A DNA stretch of 64,000 bases from an uncultured virus (IMG/VR IMGVR_UViG_3300024265_000044) (Duplodnaviria > Heunggongvirae > Uroviricota > Caudoviricetes), in IMG/VR virus record IMGVR_UViG_3300024265_000044. One strand, written 5' to 3'. Shown in pieces: positions 27,475 to 37,557 of this stretch. The translations under genes and the position numbers were made by a program. Positions within the stretch are counted from its first letter, which is position 1. Every line of letters begins with the position of its first letter. The notes under the pieces are model-generated. The model was not told where the DNA came from, did no database searches, and was given only the letters and a program-made list of their open reading frames with translations.

Positions 27475-29580
27475 ATGGCAGTAGTTACAAGATCACAATC
27501 ACTCGCCGATGCGCAAACGATCCGCGACGAGGTCGCGGCGGGCGCGAACACTGCCACTCGTGTTGGCGGTTGGATGGTCGATGTTGCCGATTCAACGCAA
27601 TTCAGCGCGGACAGCGCCGCACTGATCAAGGTGCGAGCTCTTGCGGATGTGAACGTCGCAAGCCTCAACGGTCTCGCGAATGTTGTCGACACCGTCGCCA
27701 TCGACACCGACGGCGACGGCGTCACTTTGACGGCGCAGTCGACGGGCAGCCAAAACGGTCCATGGATCGCGCATGCGGGCGCGTGGACGCGACCGCTCAA
27801 CTATCAGCCCGGAGGAAGCGCAGCCGGCACGCTAGTCCAGGTCACCGAGGGCGCGACATACGCGGACCAGACTTGGACATGCACGACCGACCCGCCCAAC
27901 GATGTCATCGACACCGACCCAACGGCATGGTCGAGGGCGGTGCTCATGGGCGACGTCACGGGAGCTCTAGGTGCGACCAACGTCGCGGCCATCCAAGGCG
28001 TCGAGTGGGAAAACGCGAGCCTCGGGACCGGCAACGTCGCGGACAACGTCATCGCGCGTCATCGCACCGCGGGCGGCTCACGATGGGCGGCGACGGCCTT
28101 CACGCTTGCGGCGATGCTCGCGGTCGCGCCGGGAAGCAACGCGACCGGAGGGACGAACCTCGACCTCACCGGCGGCGATGCGATCGACGCGCTCGGTGAG
28201 CTCGACTTTAGGCGACAAACCGAGCCAGTCATCCGCACGACGGGGAGCGGTCTCGTCCTCAACGGATACACCGGACAAGACCGCACGATCATCCAAGACA
28301 TCGCGTCCGCCGAGATCGCGCGCTTCGAGACGGGTATCGCAACGATCGCGAGCGGCAACCATCTCCGAGTGAGTCAAGCGGGCGGGACATTTTCGGATGA
28401 GGGCGACATTCGCGGGACGGTCTCCTTTCAAATCTCCGCGTTCATCGTTGGCGAGTCCGGACACTTCAACGTCATCAATTACAACGCGGGCGCGATCATA
28501 ATCGGTGAGCAGTCGATCGGCGGCAATCTCGAGCTACGTTCAAGTACAGGCCTTGTCTATAACCAAGACGGCACGCCCCGGATGAACATCGGTAGCGCGC
28601 TGGCCAATTTTATGGGCAGCGAGATCCGCACGACTGGTTTTGTTACGACCGGCGCAATCCCTGCGATCTCAGGTGCGTTTCGTGGCGCGAATAACGCGGC
28701 GCTGAAGTTTCGCAACTTCCTCGACGATGGGGACCTACGCGCTGTGTTCGTCTCCGTGAGTGACATTCTGACCTACGGGCAAAACAACGTCGCAATTCTC
28801 GGAATGGACTTTTTGCTTCCGACCGGATCTGCTTTTAAATTCAGTATCGCGGGCGTCACACAACTTGCCCTTCCATCCGGCTTTGCCGACTTTGGAGGCG
28901 CGATGCGGTTCCTCGGTCAAGGTGGAAGCGGATTGATCACAGCCGTTGCGCAAACGGGATCCGCGAAAAACTTTACGTTTGCAGCGCCACCGGCGCCCAC
29001 TGGCGCGTTCGTAGGTGGAACATTTCTCACGGAGGCCGGCGGCTGTGGCGACAGCAGTGGCACGGGCGGAAACTGGCAAGCGACCCTCGGTGACATCAAC
29101 GGCGGCACCTATGGTGCTTTTCTGTTCAAGGACGAGTCGACTGGGATCAACGTTCTGAAAATCGATCCGAGCATCGCAAGCGAGACGGTGTTCACCTATA
29201 CGCCGGTCGACGTCTTACTCGTCAGGCACAAGGCGGTCGGCAACCCGGTCGACGCGAAGGGTGTCGCGATGTCTTTCGACGGCGGCGCAGCGCTTGGCGG
29301 CACCAACAACGATGGCGGCGATGTCGGAATGCGCGGCGGCGCGCCAATCGGCAGCGGTCTCACAGGAATCGCGTTCATTCTGGGCGGCAACGTCTCGCTC
29401 CAATCGCAGGAAGCAACCGCGTTTGGTGGAATGGTCGGCGGCATCGTCATCGACGAAGCGACGACAAACCCGAGCTCGGCTCCATCTAGCAGCCCGGAAC
29501 AAATCTTTCTTTACGTTGATGGCGCCGATGGGCTTCTCAAGTATCGCGACAGCTCGGACGTGACACACACGCTAACGTAA
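27475..29580 (+). CDS. Tail fibre protein
   Basis: 701 aa, G/T/A-rich beta repeats; IRDEVAAGANTATRVG N-terminus. Confidence 0.7.
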   Translation: MAVVTRSQSLADAQTIRDEVAAGANTATRVGGWMVDVADSTQFSADSAALIKVRALADVNVASLNGLANVVDTVAIDTDGDGVTLTAQSTGSQNGPWIAHAGAWTRPLNYQPGGSAAGTLVQVTEGATYADQTWTCTTDPPNDVIDTDPTAWSRAVLMGDVTGALGATNVAAIQGVEWENASLGTGNVADNVIARHRTAGGSRWAATAFTLAAMLAVAPGSNATGGTNLDLTGGDAIDALGELDFRRQTEPVIRTTGSGLVLNGYTGQDRTIIQDIASAEIARFETGIATIASGNHLRVSQAGGTFSDEGDIRGTVSFQISAFIVGESGHFNVINYNAGAIIIGEQSIGGNLELRSSTGLVYNQDGTPRMNIGSALANFMGSEIRTTGFVTTGAIPAISGAFRGANNAALKFRNFLDDGDLRAVFVSVSDILTYGQNNVAILGMDFLLPTGSAFKFSIAGVTQLALPSGFADFGGAMRFLGQGGSGLITAVAQTGSAKNFTFAAPPAPTGAFVGGTFLTEAGGCGDSSGTGGNWQATLGDINGGTYGAFLFKDESTGINVLKIDPSIASETVFTYTPVDVLLVRHKAVGNPVDAKGVAMSFDGGAALGGTNNDGGDVGMRGGAPIGSGLTGIAFILGGNVSLQSQEATAFGGMVGGIVIDEATTNPSSAPSSSPEQIFLYVDGADGLLKYRDSSDVTHTLT

Positions 29581-29622
29581 ATCCGTCAATGGGATCGACG
29601 GGCAACAAAGGGAGAAAAAACA

Positions 29623-30102
29623 GTGACCAGAAAAGCAGAAGAGAAAGTCGTCCTTCGCTATCCGCTCATCCCGGATGACGCGGACGTCGAAGGGCTAGGC
29701 CTTCCGATCAAGGGCAAGCTCGTCAAGCTACTTTCGTTCGCAGACTTTTTCATCAACTTCATTCTCGTCGAATTGCCAATTGGGACCGAGGACGAAGATC
29801 GGATCGTCGCCGAGCTCGTTGAGGCATTCAGTGAAGTCAAGGCAGGCAACGAGCGGGAGATCCGCGAGGTCGCACACGCGACGCTACTCGCCACGATGCT
29901 GCTCGTGAAAAGCGATCCAGCTTCTCAACGCTCGCTGAATCCTTACGTGTTCCTACAGGTTCGCCGGTTCTATGGCTGCATCGCCGGAGCTCCGACCGAG
30001 CGACGGGAAATGAAAGAGGCCGGCACCGACGAGGATCGCGACGAAACCGACAACGAGGAAACCAACGAAGGCGCGGCGGAACCCGTGCGACAAACGGCGT
30101 AA
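29623..30102 (+). CDS. Hypothetical protein (possible fibre chaperone)
   Basis: SD GGGAGA with GTG; follows the fibre gene. Confidence 0.55.
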   Translation: MTRKAEEKVVLRYPLIPDDADVEGLGLPIKGKLVKLLSFADFFINFILVELPIGTEDEDRIVAELVEAFSEVKAGNEREIREVAHATLLATMLLVKSDPASQRSLNPYVFLQVRRFYGCIAGAPTERREMKEAGTDEDRDETDNEETNEGAAEPVRQTA

Positions 30103-30129
30103 GCCAAACCATAGGAAAGAGAAACCATC

Positions 30130-30561
30130 ATGAGCCTATCGAACGCGGCAGAAAACGCCCTCGGCCTGTTGATCTTCAACGCGGTCACTTGGGCAAACAT
30201 CGCCGACGACGCGGCGGCATCACCGATTGCCACCTTCGACGTCGCGCTGCACACCGCCGACCCCGGCGAGGCCGGAACGATGTCCACCAACGAGTCGGCA
30301 TATACCGGCTACGCGCGCCAGAGCGTTGCGCGGACGGCCGGCGGTTGGCTCGTTGTCGCTGAGACGGTCGACAACGTCGCGGCGATCACCTTCCCAGAGT
30401 CGACGTCCGGCCCTGAAACGCAAACTCACTTCTCGGTGGGCAAGCCCGGCGGCGGCGCGACTGAGATCACCGTCTCTGGAATTCTCGACGCATCGCTCAT
30501 CGTCAACCCGGGAATTACGCCTGAATTCGCAATCGGCGCCCTCAATATTGTCTGGAATTAG
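30130..30561 (+). CDS. Small beta-rich virion fibre subunit
   Basis: VALHTADPGEAG...YTGYARQSV...ITFP...THFSV; recalled phage structural family. Confidence 0.7.
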   Translation: MSLSNAAENALGLLIFNAVTWANIADDAAASPIATFDVALHTADPGEAGTMSTNESAYTGYARQSVARTAGGWLVVAETVDNVAAITFPESTSGPETQTHFSVGKPGGGATEITVSGILDASLIVNPGITPEFAIGALNIVWN

Positions 30562-30574
30562 TGAGTGATATACG

Positions 30575-30636
30575 GGAGTTAAGCCGGGCCTAGCAGGTTG
30601 CACTTTGACAAAGTTACCGCAGGCCCGCTTAACTCC
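30575..30636 (+). promoter_or_regulatory. Long hairpin enclosing a TTGACA box, upstream of the HNH gene
   Basis: GGAGTTAAGC(C)GGGCCT pairs with AGGCCCGCTTAACTCC; inner ACTTT-GAC-AAAGT. Confidence 0.65.
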
Positions 30637-30641
30637 ACGGT

Positions 30642-31433
30642 ATGAACAATGTAGAAAAAGCCCGCAAACTCTACGAAGAGCACGGCACGGGGCGAGCGGT
30701 TGCGCGTGAGCTTGGCGTCTCGCACACACAGGCATATCGATTGCTCACGCGGGCGGGAGTCGATCTTTCTGGCGGTATCCAGCGATGGCGTGACGGCTAT
30801 CGGCTTTTCGATGATGCGCAAGCGAGATCTCTCGCGGCCGAATACGAAGAAGCGAAGTCACTGACGGTTCTAGCGAAACGGCATGAGTGCAGTATCCAGA
30901 CAGTTCGCGATGCGGTTCATAGAGTTGGTGGTGTCATCAAGGGTCGCGGCAATCGTTGCCAAGAATTCTCGGATGAGCATGCCGCGGAAATCTTGAAGCG
31001 ATACAAATCCGGAGAGTCACAAGAAGTTATCGCAGCGTCGCTTTCAAGTTCGCAAGGTCGCGTTTCTCGGCTTCTACACGCCAACGGCATCGCAAAATAT
31101 CCAAGGATGGGTGGTCCTAGTCACAGGTCTTGGAAAGGCGGAAGGGTCCGCCATGTTGCTGGATACATGATGGTGGCAGTCGCTATCGATAGCCCGTTCG
31201 CATCCATGCGCACTGCTCACGGCTACGTCATGGAACACCGCCTAAAGATGGCGAAGCAACTGGGCCGTCCACTTCTGCGCTCCGAAACAGTTCACCACAT
31301 CAACGGCAAACGTGATGACAACCGCATCGACAATCTACAATTGCGTCAAGGCAAGCACGGCAACGGCCAAGTTGCAGTTTGCCTGGACTGCGGTTCGCGT
31401 CGCATCGGTCACGCAAAGATCGACGACGCATGA
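30642..31433 (+). CDS. Free-standing HNH endonuclease with tandem HTH domains
   Basis: YVMEHRLKMAKQLGRPL...VHHINGKRDDNRIDNLQL; three HTH-like segments. Confidence 0.9.
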   Translation: MNNVEKARKLYEEHGTGRAVARELGVSHTQAYRLLTRAGVDLSGGIQRWRDGYRLFDDAQARSLAAEYEEAKSLTVLAKRHECSIQTVRDAVHRVGGVIKGRGNRCQEFSDEHAAEILKRYKSGESQEVIAASLSSSQGRVSRLLHANGIAKYPRMGGPSHRSWKGGRVRHVAGYMMVAVAIDSPFASMRTAHGYVMEHRLKMAKQLGRPLLRSETVHHINGKRDDNRIDNLQLRQGKHGNGQVAVCLDCGSRRIGHAKIDDA

Positions 31434-31498
31434 GCTGAGGGACTCAGCGGCGTCGTGATGGCGTTCCAAGGGCGTCGCCCCACCGCGCCATAATGTAA

Positions 31499-33424
31499 AT
31501 GGCCGCCGTCATCTCAATCGAAAATCATTCGATCACACTCGCCGATGGTGTCGCGAGTGCGACCGTCAATCTATCCGTCGGCAACGTTGCCGATTGTACG
31601 CCGCGTATCTCCGTCAACACCCAGCCCGGAGCAGACGACTACACAAATTTTATGGTTCGCGCTCGGTTCCTAACCGGACCGAATCGGCTTGAGGTCGGCC
31701 GCGCAAATACGGTCGGGCAACTCATCATCCAAGCCGTCGTCATCGAGTGGGACACCGGCGAAGTAACGATCCAATCTGGAAGCGCGACTTTCTCCACCGC
31801 GACTCATGACGAGACGATCACAGCGGTTGATCTCACAAAGGCGTTCGCACTCTTCACCTATGAGATCACCGGCGGTGATAACGATACCGTTTCGATTCGC
31901 GCGATGCTTTCGAGCACCACGAATCTACATTTCGAGCGCGACACCGCGACGGACACAATCACGCTCGATTGGTGGGTAGTCGAAGATACCTCGTCGGGGG
32001 GACTCTTCAACGTGGAGCGCGTTCAGGCGCTCTCAATTCCAGGCGTAACCGCGGACGCGACGATCACTGCGGTAGCTCTCGATCGGACTCTGCTTTTCGG
32101 ATCGCAAGAGCTCGACAACTTTGGCGACGAGCCGGACGAGTGGGGTGTCTGCTTTCTCTTCGACACAACGACCGTCCGCTACGTGCGCGACGATCCCGCT
32201 GGCACGGCACAACTGGATGCTTTTGTCGTCGAGTTTACCGTCGCCGCAGGTGTCACTGTCCAGCGGGGCAGCATCGTAAATGGTTCGGGTGTGACCGTTG
32301 GAACGGATGCGATCAGCGCCGTTGTTCTGTCACGCTCATTTGCCCACTGCCCGATGGCGCCCAACGCATCGAGCACGGAAGCGAACGACCAAAACACTTT
32401 GATGGGCTCAATTGAGTTCAACAGCACGACCGAGGTCGAAGCCAACACGACGGATTCTCTCAGCACGGAAACTCTCTTTTACGAAGTGATCGAGTTTCCC
32501 GCAGGCGTATCTCCGATCACCGCGACCGCGACCGTCGGCGCTCAAGCGAACGCGGCGCTCAAAGGTAGGGGACGCCTCGAAGCAACGGCGACCGTCGGCG
32601 CGACGGCCAACGCCGACCTCGATGGCCGAGGAGTTCTCGACGCCACCGAGCCCGTCGGAGCTACCTCCAACGCCGAGCTCAAGCCATTCGTCCGAGCTAC
32701 CGCCACCGAGCTCGTCGGCGCGACAGCCAATGCGGACCTCCAAGGTCGAGGCCGGCTCGAAGCCACGGAGCCAGTCGGTGCTACCGCGAATGCGGCGCTC
32801 AAGGCGATCGGTCGTCTCGAAGCGACGGCCAATGTCGGTGCAACGGTTAGCGCAGACCTGAGCGATCTAGGACAACTCCGCGCCACCGAGCCCGTTGGCG
32901 CGACGGCCAATGCGGCGCTCAAAGCCAAAGGCCGACTCGAGGCGACAGCAAACGTAGGGGCGACAGCGAATGTCGATCTCAACGGTCGCGGAGCTCTGGA
33001 CGCCACCGAAGGTGTTGGCGCGACAGCGAACGCCGACCTCAATGCCACCGGCCGCCTCGAAGCCACCGAAGGCATTGGCGCCATCGCCACCGCCGACCTC
33101 AAAGGCGCGGGCAAACTCGAAGCGACCGAGTCGGTTGGAGCTCAGGCGAACGGAGTTGTCAGTGCCACGGTCAACATCGCCGCTACGGCCAATGTCGGCG
33201 CAACGGCGAACGCGGATCTCGACGGCAAGGCATTCGCAACGGCGACGACGTCGGTTGGAGCGACTGCAACCGCCGACCTTAATGCGACCGGCAAGCTCGA
33301 AGCGACCGTTAACGTTGGAGCGACGGCGAACGCGGCGCTCAGTCTACGGACGCCGGACGAAGGCGAGCTCATGACGGCCGAACATATCCCGCCGATCCCA
33401 ATGACTGCCGACGAGGTCGACTAG
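31499..33424 (+). CDS. Fibre protein A: N-terminal beta domain plus 14 x 20-aa repeats
   Basis: Repeat ATxxVGATANAxLxxxGxLE; C-terminus MTAEHIPPIPMTADEVD. Confidence 0.75.
   Translation: MAAVISIENHSITLADGVASATVNLSVGNVADCTPRISVNTQPGADDYTNFMVRARFLTGPNRLEVGRANTVGQLIIQAVVIEWDTGEVTIQSGSATFSTATHDETITAVDLTKAFALFTYEITGGDNDTVSIRAMLSSTTNLHFERDTATDTITLDWWVVEDTSSGGLFNVERVQALSIPGVTADATITAVALDRTLLFGSQELDNFGDEPDEWGVCFLFDTTTVRYVRDDPAGTAQLDAFVVEFTVAAGVTVQRGSIVNGSGVTVGTDAISAVVLSRSFAHCPMAPNASSTEANDQNTLMGSIEFNSTTEVEANTTDSLSTETLFYEVIEFPAGVSPITATATVGAQANAALKGRGRLEATATVGATANADLDGRGVLDATEPVGATSNAELKPFVRATATELVGATANADLQGRGRLEATEPVGATANAALKAIGRLEATANVGATVSADLSDLGQLRATEPVGATANAALKAKGRLEATANVGATANVDLNGRGALDATEGVGATANADLNATGRLEATEGIGAIATADLKGAGKLEATESVGAQANGVVSATVNIAATANVGATANADLDGKAFATATTSVGATATADLNATGKLEATVNVGATANAALSLRTPDEGELMTAEHIPPIPMTADEVD
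32525..33360 (+). repeat. Degenerate 60-bp coding tandem repeat (about 14 units)
   Basis: Counted from the translation; boundaries approximate. Confidence 0.85.
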
Positions 33425-33426
33425 CC

Positions 33427-36072
33427 ATGCGGCTTTGTATTCAGTGGACCCGCGCGACGGTCGCCGCATACGACGAGGTTGACTCGACCGCATGGGGGTC
33501 GACGGTAGCAAAGTCAGTGCCGTCCGGCACTGAGACGATCGACAACGTCATCGGTTGGATCTACGCGCTTTGCGTACAAGGCGTAACGCTGAAAGGATTC
33601 GACCATTACCACGTCGAGCACGTCGACTCGGAGACGATCATCGTCACCGCATGGAACGACGACGCGGATGATTGGGCGGACCATCGTCACGCCGAAGTTT
33701 GGACGTTCAAAACCCTCGCGGCCGACAGTTACCTTGGAGGCGCGATCAACACGCGCCAAACCAAGGTCATCTATGCGGAGGACGCCTCTGACTTTATCAG
33801 CGACCCGGAACCTTGGAGCGACTTCGTAGCGCCGACTTCAAACGTGCGGCATGGCGTTTGGACTACCGACGAGAAGGCCACCGAACACGACGACGCGCGA
33901 CCGGCGACAACGTGGCGCGCGTGGACGGAAGGGCTAGACGCATCCGAGCTCGATGTTGATGGCCTCGTTAAACCGCAACGCTCGCAAGGCCGCTATCGCG
34001 TTCCTGACGGAACAAAGACCTACTTCCTAAATAACCCGACGCGGACCGGCCCGCACACCATCGCATCGGGCAACGCACGCTCGATGGATCTCATCCAGGG
34101 CACTGCCGCCACGATGTTCGGCGGCAACCTCGGGATCAACAGTGACGCGCTCTATGCATCGCATATCACCGCCGCGGGTGAGCCAAATCTAACGCAATGG
34201 CCGACCGGGAATTATCGCGCGCAGATTGAAGTCAGCGCGACCGAATCCGGTCTGACTTTCGGTTACACGACCGCAGGCTCATCGGTCGGACACTTTGCGC
34301 GAGTAAGTGCCGGCGGTGGCGCCGACCAAGAAACCAAAGCGCAAGTCGAATCGCTCGCGAGCGGAACCGGCATCCATCTTTTCACGACTGGATCAGTATC
34401 GTGGAGCGCGGGAGCCGCGGGTGACATTTTTGAAGTCGTACTCGCGTGCGCGCGCGACGGCGTAGGTCATGGAAACCAGTCCATGGACTACCTCATGGGC
34501 GACGTCGATGCGTTTGCCGATGCGCCGTTCGATGGCGTCGATCCAATCACCGCGACGGTCAACGTCGGCGCGACTGCAAACGCGGACCTCAACGCAATCG
34601 GCAAGCTCGAAGCGACGGTCAACGTCGGCGCGACGGCGAACGCGGACCTCAACGGCACCGGCGCGCTCGATGCAACGGAGCCGGTCGGCGCGACAGCGAA
34701 CGCGGATCTCAACGGTCGAGGAGCTCTCGACGCGAGCGAGCCGGTTGGCGCGACGGCCAACGCCGATCTCAAAGCGATCGGCAAACTTGAAGCGACCGAA
34801 ACGGTTGGAGCTCAGGCCGACGGAGCTCTCAGTGCGACCGTCAACATCACCGCCACCGCGAACGTCGGCGCCACGGCCAATGCGGATCTCGATGGCCGAG
34901 GGCGCCTCGAAGCCACCGAGCCAATCGGGGCCACGGCGAATGCGGACCTCAAACCCTTCGTTCGAGCAACCGCGACCGAGACGGTTGGAGCCGCGGCGAA
35001 TGCCGACCTCAAGGCCCGCGGGCGGTTATCAGCGACCGCCACGGTCGGCGCGACCGCGAATGCGGACCTCAACGCAAGGGGGCGCCTCGAAGCCACTGAG
35101 CCCGTCGGCGCCACCGCGAACGCAGACCTCAACGGGACCGGTCGACTCGAAGCGACTGAGCCGGTCGGCGCAACGGCCAACGCGGACCTCAAGGCGACCG
35201 GCCGGCTATCAGCCACTGCGAGCGTCGGAGCCACCGCCAATGCGGCCCTCGATGCCAAGGGGCGCCTAGATGCCACCCAGGGCGTCGGAGCCACGGCTAA
35301 CGCCGCCCTCGACGCGACCGGTCGGCTCGAAGCCACCGAGCTCGTTGGCGCTCAGGCCGACGCCGACCTAAATGGAACCGGCCGGCTCGAAGCTACCGAG
35401 GGCGTCGGCGCTACCGCCAACGCGAACCTCACCGACGTCGCGTCGGGTGCGATCACCGCCACAGTCAACGTCGGAGCCACGGTCAATGCAGACCTCAACG
35501 CCAAGGGTCGCATCGAAGCGACCGAGGTGGTTGGAGCTCAGGCCGACGCGGACCTTCGCGGCATTGGCCGACTCTCGGCGACCGCCACAGTTGGCGCTAC
35601 AGCGAACGCGGCTCTCAACGCGGCGTCGATGCTGGCGGCGACAGAGCCAGTCGGCGCGACGGCGACCGCGGCGCTCAAAGCCAAGGGTCGCATCGAAGCG
35701 ACGGCCACAGTCGGGGCTACGGCCACCGCGGACCTCGACGGCAAGGCATTCGCGACGGCGACGGTCGCGGTCGGAGCTCAAGCCAACGCCGCTCTCGATG
35801 CCACAGGACGCCTTGACGCGACGGAAGGTGTCGGCGCTACCGCAAACGCGCTCCTGAAAGGCAATGGCCGCCTCGATGCCACCGAGCTCGTCGGCGCAAC
35901 CGCGAACGCCGATCTCACGATCGTCCTCACCGAGCCGATCACCGCCACCGTCAACGTCGGAGCGACGGCAAATGCGAAACTCAGCCGGCGAACAATCGAC
36001 GAACGCAAGACGATGACAGCGGCCGCCGTACCACCGATCCCAATGACCGCCGAGGTCGTAAGGAAAAAATGA
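33427..36072 (+). CDS. Fibre protein B: different N-terminal domain plus 24 x 20-aa repeats
   Basis: Same repeat; C-terminus MTAAAVPPIPMTAEVVRKK. Confidence 0.75.
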   Translation: MRLCIQWTRATVAAYDEVDSTAWGSTVAKSVPSGTETIDNVIGWIYALCVQGVTLKGFDHYHVEHVDSETIIVTAWNDDADDWADHRHAEVWTFKTLAADSYLGGAINTRQTKVIYAEDASDFISDPEPWSDFVAPTSNVRHGVWTTDEKATEHDDARPATTWRAWTEGLDASELDVDGLVKPQRSQGRYRVPDGTKTYFLNNPTRTGPHTIASGNARSMDLIQGTAATMFGGNLGINSDALYASHITAAGEPNLTQWPTGNYRAQIEVSATESGLTFGYTTAGSSVGHFARVSAGGGADQETKAQVESLASGTGIHLFTTGSVSWSAGAAGDIFEVVLACARDGVGHGNQSMDYLMGDVDAFADAPFDGVDPITATVNVGATANADLNAIGKLEATVNVGATANADLNGTGALDATEPVGATANADLNGRGALDASEPVGATANADLKAIGKLEATETVGAQADGALSATVNITATANVGATANADLDGRGRLEATEPIGATANADLKPFVRATATETVGAAANADLKARGRLSATATVGATANADLNARGRLEATEPVGATANADLNGTGRLEATEPVGATANADLKATGRLSATASVGATANAALDAKGRLDATQGVGATANAALDATGRLEATELVGAQADADLNGTGRLEATEGVGATANANLTDVASGAITATVNVGATVNADLNAKGRIEATEVVGAQADADLRGIGRLSATATVGATANAALNAASMLAATEPVGATATAALKAKGRIEATATVGATATADLDGKAFATATVAVGAQANAALDATGRLDATEGVGATANALLKGNGRLDATELVGATANADLTIVLTEPITATVNVGATANAKLSRRTIDERKTMTAAAVPPIPMTAEVVRKK
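34550..36005 (+). repeat. Degenerate 60-bp coding tandem repeat (about 24 units)
   Basis: Counted from the translation; two units are 22 aa; boundaries approximate. Confidence 0.85.
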
Positions 36073-36443
36073 CCCTCGCCCTCACAACCAAACGCGGCGA
36101 CACCTTCGTCCGCCAATTTCGCGTGGTACGCGGATCCGATCCGGTGCTCGTCTCGCCCGAGGAAATTCTTTTCACGATCAAAGCGCTCGCGTCCGATCCG
36201 GATCCTGGCCTCGCTCAGGTCTCGTTGACCGGTGGCGGCGTTGTCATCGACGATCCCGGCCCTCCCGATCCGTTGCTTGGTGTCGATGCTCTGATCACCG
36301 TCCGGATCAGCGACGCCGTCATGGAGGGCATCGCCGTCGGCGACTACTTCCACGATTTGCAGGTCAAAGAAAACGGCGGCCGCAAAACAACCCCGCGATG
36401 TGGGCGCTTCATCGTGACGCAAGATTTCACGGCGACGGTATGA
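36069..36443 (+). CDS. BppU/LtfC-like fibre anchor protein
   Basis: KRGDT, FTIK, GDYFHDLQV and GRFIVTQDFT Ig-like pattern. Confidence 0.65.
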   Translation: MTLALTTKRGDTFVRQFRVVRGSDPVLVSPEEILFTIKALASDPDPGLAQVSLTGGGVVIDDPGPPDPLLGVDALITVRISDAVMEGIAVGDYFHDLQVKENGGRKTTPRCGRFIVTQDFTATV

Positions 36444-36482
36444 GTCCGAATCTTCGGACGCTTCTCAACTCGAGGTGACGAA

Positions 36483-36803
36483 ATGCATTCATCAACGAAA
36501 TATGTTCTAGCTCGCTTCATCCTTTGGGTCGCACTTTGCGCAATCGTGTTCGGATGCGCGGCTCTTCAAAAAGTCAGCGACGCGCACAAGACCGCTTGCG
36601 AGCTCCTCGGCGAAAACAACCAAGCCGAGATCCAGGCCGAAGCCAAGCGACTCGGGATCGATCCGCTCCAAGTCTGGAAGCTCTGGCAAAAGTCGTGTGA
36701 GGCGCGCCATCTACTCGCCGCCGACCAATCTGTCGGCACCGTGCGAGCCGGCGCGGGCGAGTGCGACGAGGAGCCGACGATCTTCGAGGTGTGCGGTGAG
36801 TGA
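36483..36803 (+). CDS. Putative lipoprotein
   Basis: Hydrophobic signal ending IVFG-C; SD GAGGTGA. Confidence 0.65.
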   Translation: MHSSTKYVLARFILWVALCAIVFGCAALQKVSDAHKTACELLGENNQAEIQAEAKRLGIDPLQVWKLWQKSCEARHLLAADQSVGTVRAGAGECDEEPTIFEVCGE

Positions 36804-37557
36804 ATTCGAGACCGGCTATGTGATGGACATTCCGACTTGGGATGAGGTCCATGACAGCTTGTTACGGATCGACGGCGTCACCGAGCGACTCGGCGCGTTG
36901 AGTGATGGCGGCGGTTTCATCGACGAGCCGCTTTGGTATTTGAACCAACGCGGCCAAAGCTGCACCGGTCATTTCCTCGCGCGTTCTGCGTATTGGATCC
37001 TCGGGATCAAAATGTCGCCGTACTTCCCTTGGACGTGGGGGCGGATCCACGACTCCGGCAAAGAGAATATTTCGGACGTTGGCGTGAGCTCGCGATCGAT
37101 TCGCACCGCCGCGCGCGATCATGGGCTTTGCGCTTTCGACGCGTGGGATCCGGACCGCGATCGGCTCCACTCGATCCCGAATGCCATCGCCCGAGGAATG
37201 GCCCAAAACTACCTCGTCGACATCAAGCCGATTTATGATGTCGGCGACGCGCTCGTCAATCGCTTGTGCGATAGCCTCGACCTCAAGCAACCCGGCGGGA
37301 TCGTCGTCACCGCCGACGACGCGTTCAACCGACCGATCGACGGAATGGTTGGGCCGCCGAGCTCGGGATCGCGAGGGCTCCACATCGTCGCCGCCAAACA
37401 CTATCGGACGCGGAGCGACGGCCGTCGCGAAATCTTCATCGAGAATTCATGGTCGAAAAACTACGGGATCGACGGTGGCGCCTGGCTCCATCCGGACCGG
37501 GTCGGTCGAGCTCCCTTTGCCTGCTACGTGAAAGGGATCGAAGCGGTGGCGGCATGA
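36796..37557 (+). CDS. Papain-like (C1) cysteine peptidase
   Basis: NQRGQSCTG (Q, C), GLHIV (H), IENSWSKNYGIDG (N). Confidence 0.85.
   Translation: MSEFETGYVMDIPTWDEVHDSLLRIDGVTERLGALSDGGGFIDEPLWYLNQRGQSCTGHFLARSAYWILGIKMSPYFPWTWGRIHDSGKENISDVGVSSRSIRTAARDHGLCAFDAWDPDRDRLHSIPNAIARGMAQNYLVDIKPIYDVGDALVNRLCDSLDLKQPGGIVVTADDAFNRPIDGMVGPPSSGSRGLHIVAAKHYRTRSDGRREIFIENSWSKNYGIDGGAWLHPDRVGRAPFACYVKGIEAVAA

Noticed and set aside
30562..31498. Group I intron carrying the HNH
   Set aside because: Flanking genes are complete with their own stop and start, and the non-coding flanks are too short for a ribozyme core
32525..36005. 60-bp repeats as a CRISPR array or DGR template/variable pair
   Set aside because: They are degenerate, in-frame and spacer-less, with variation mostly at synonymous positions; no cas or reverse transcriptase gene is present
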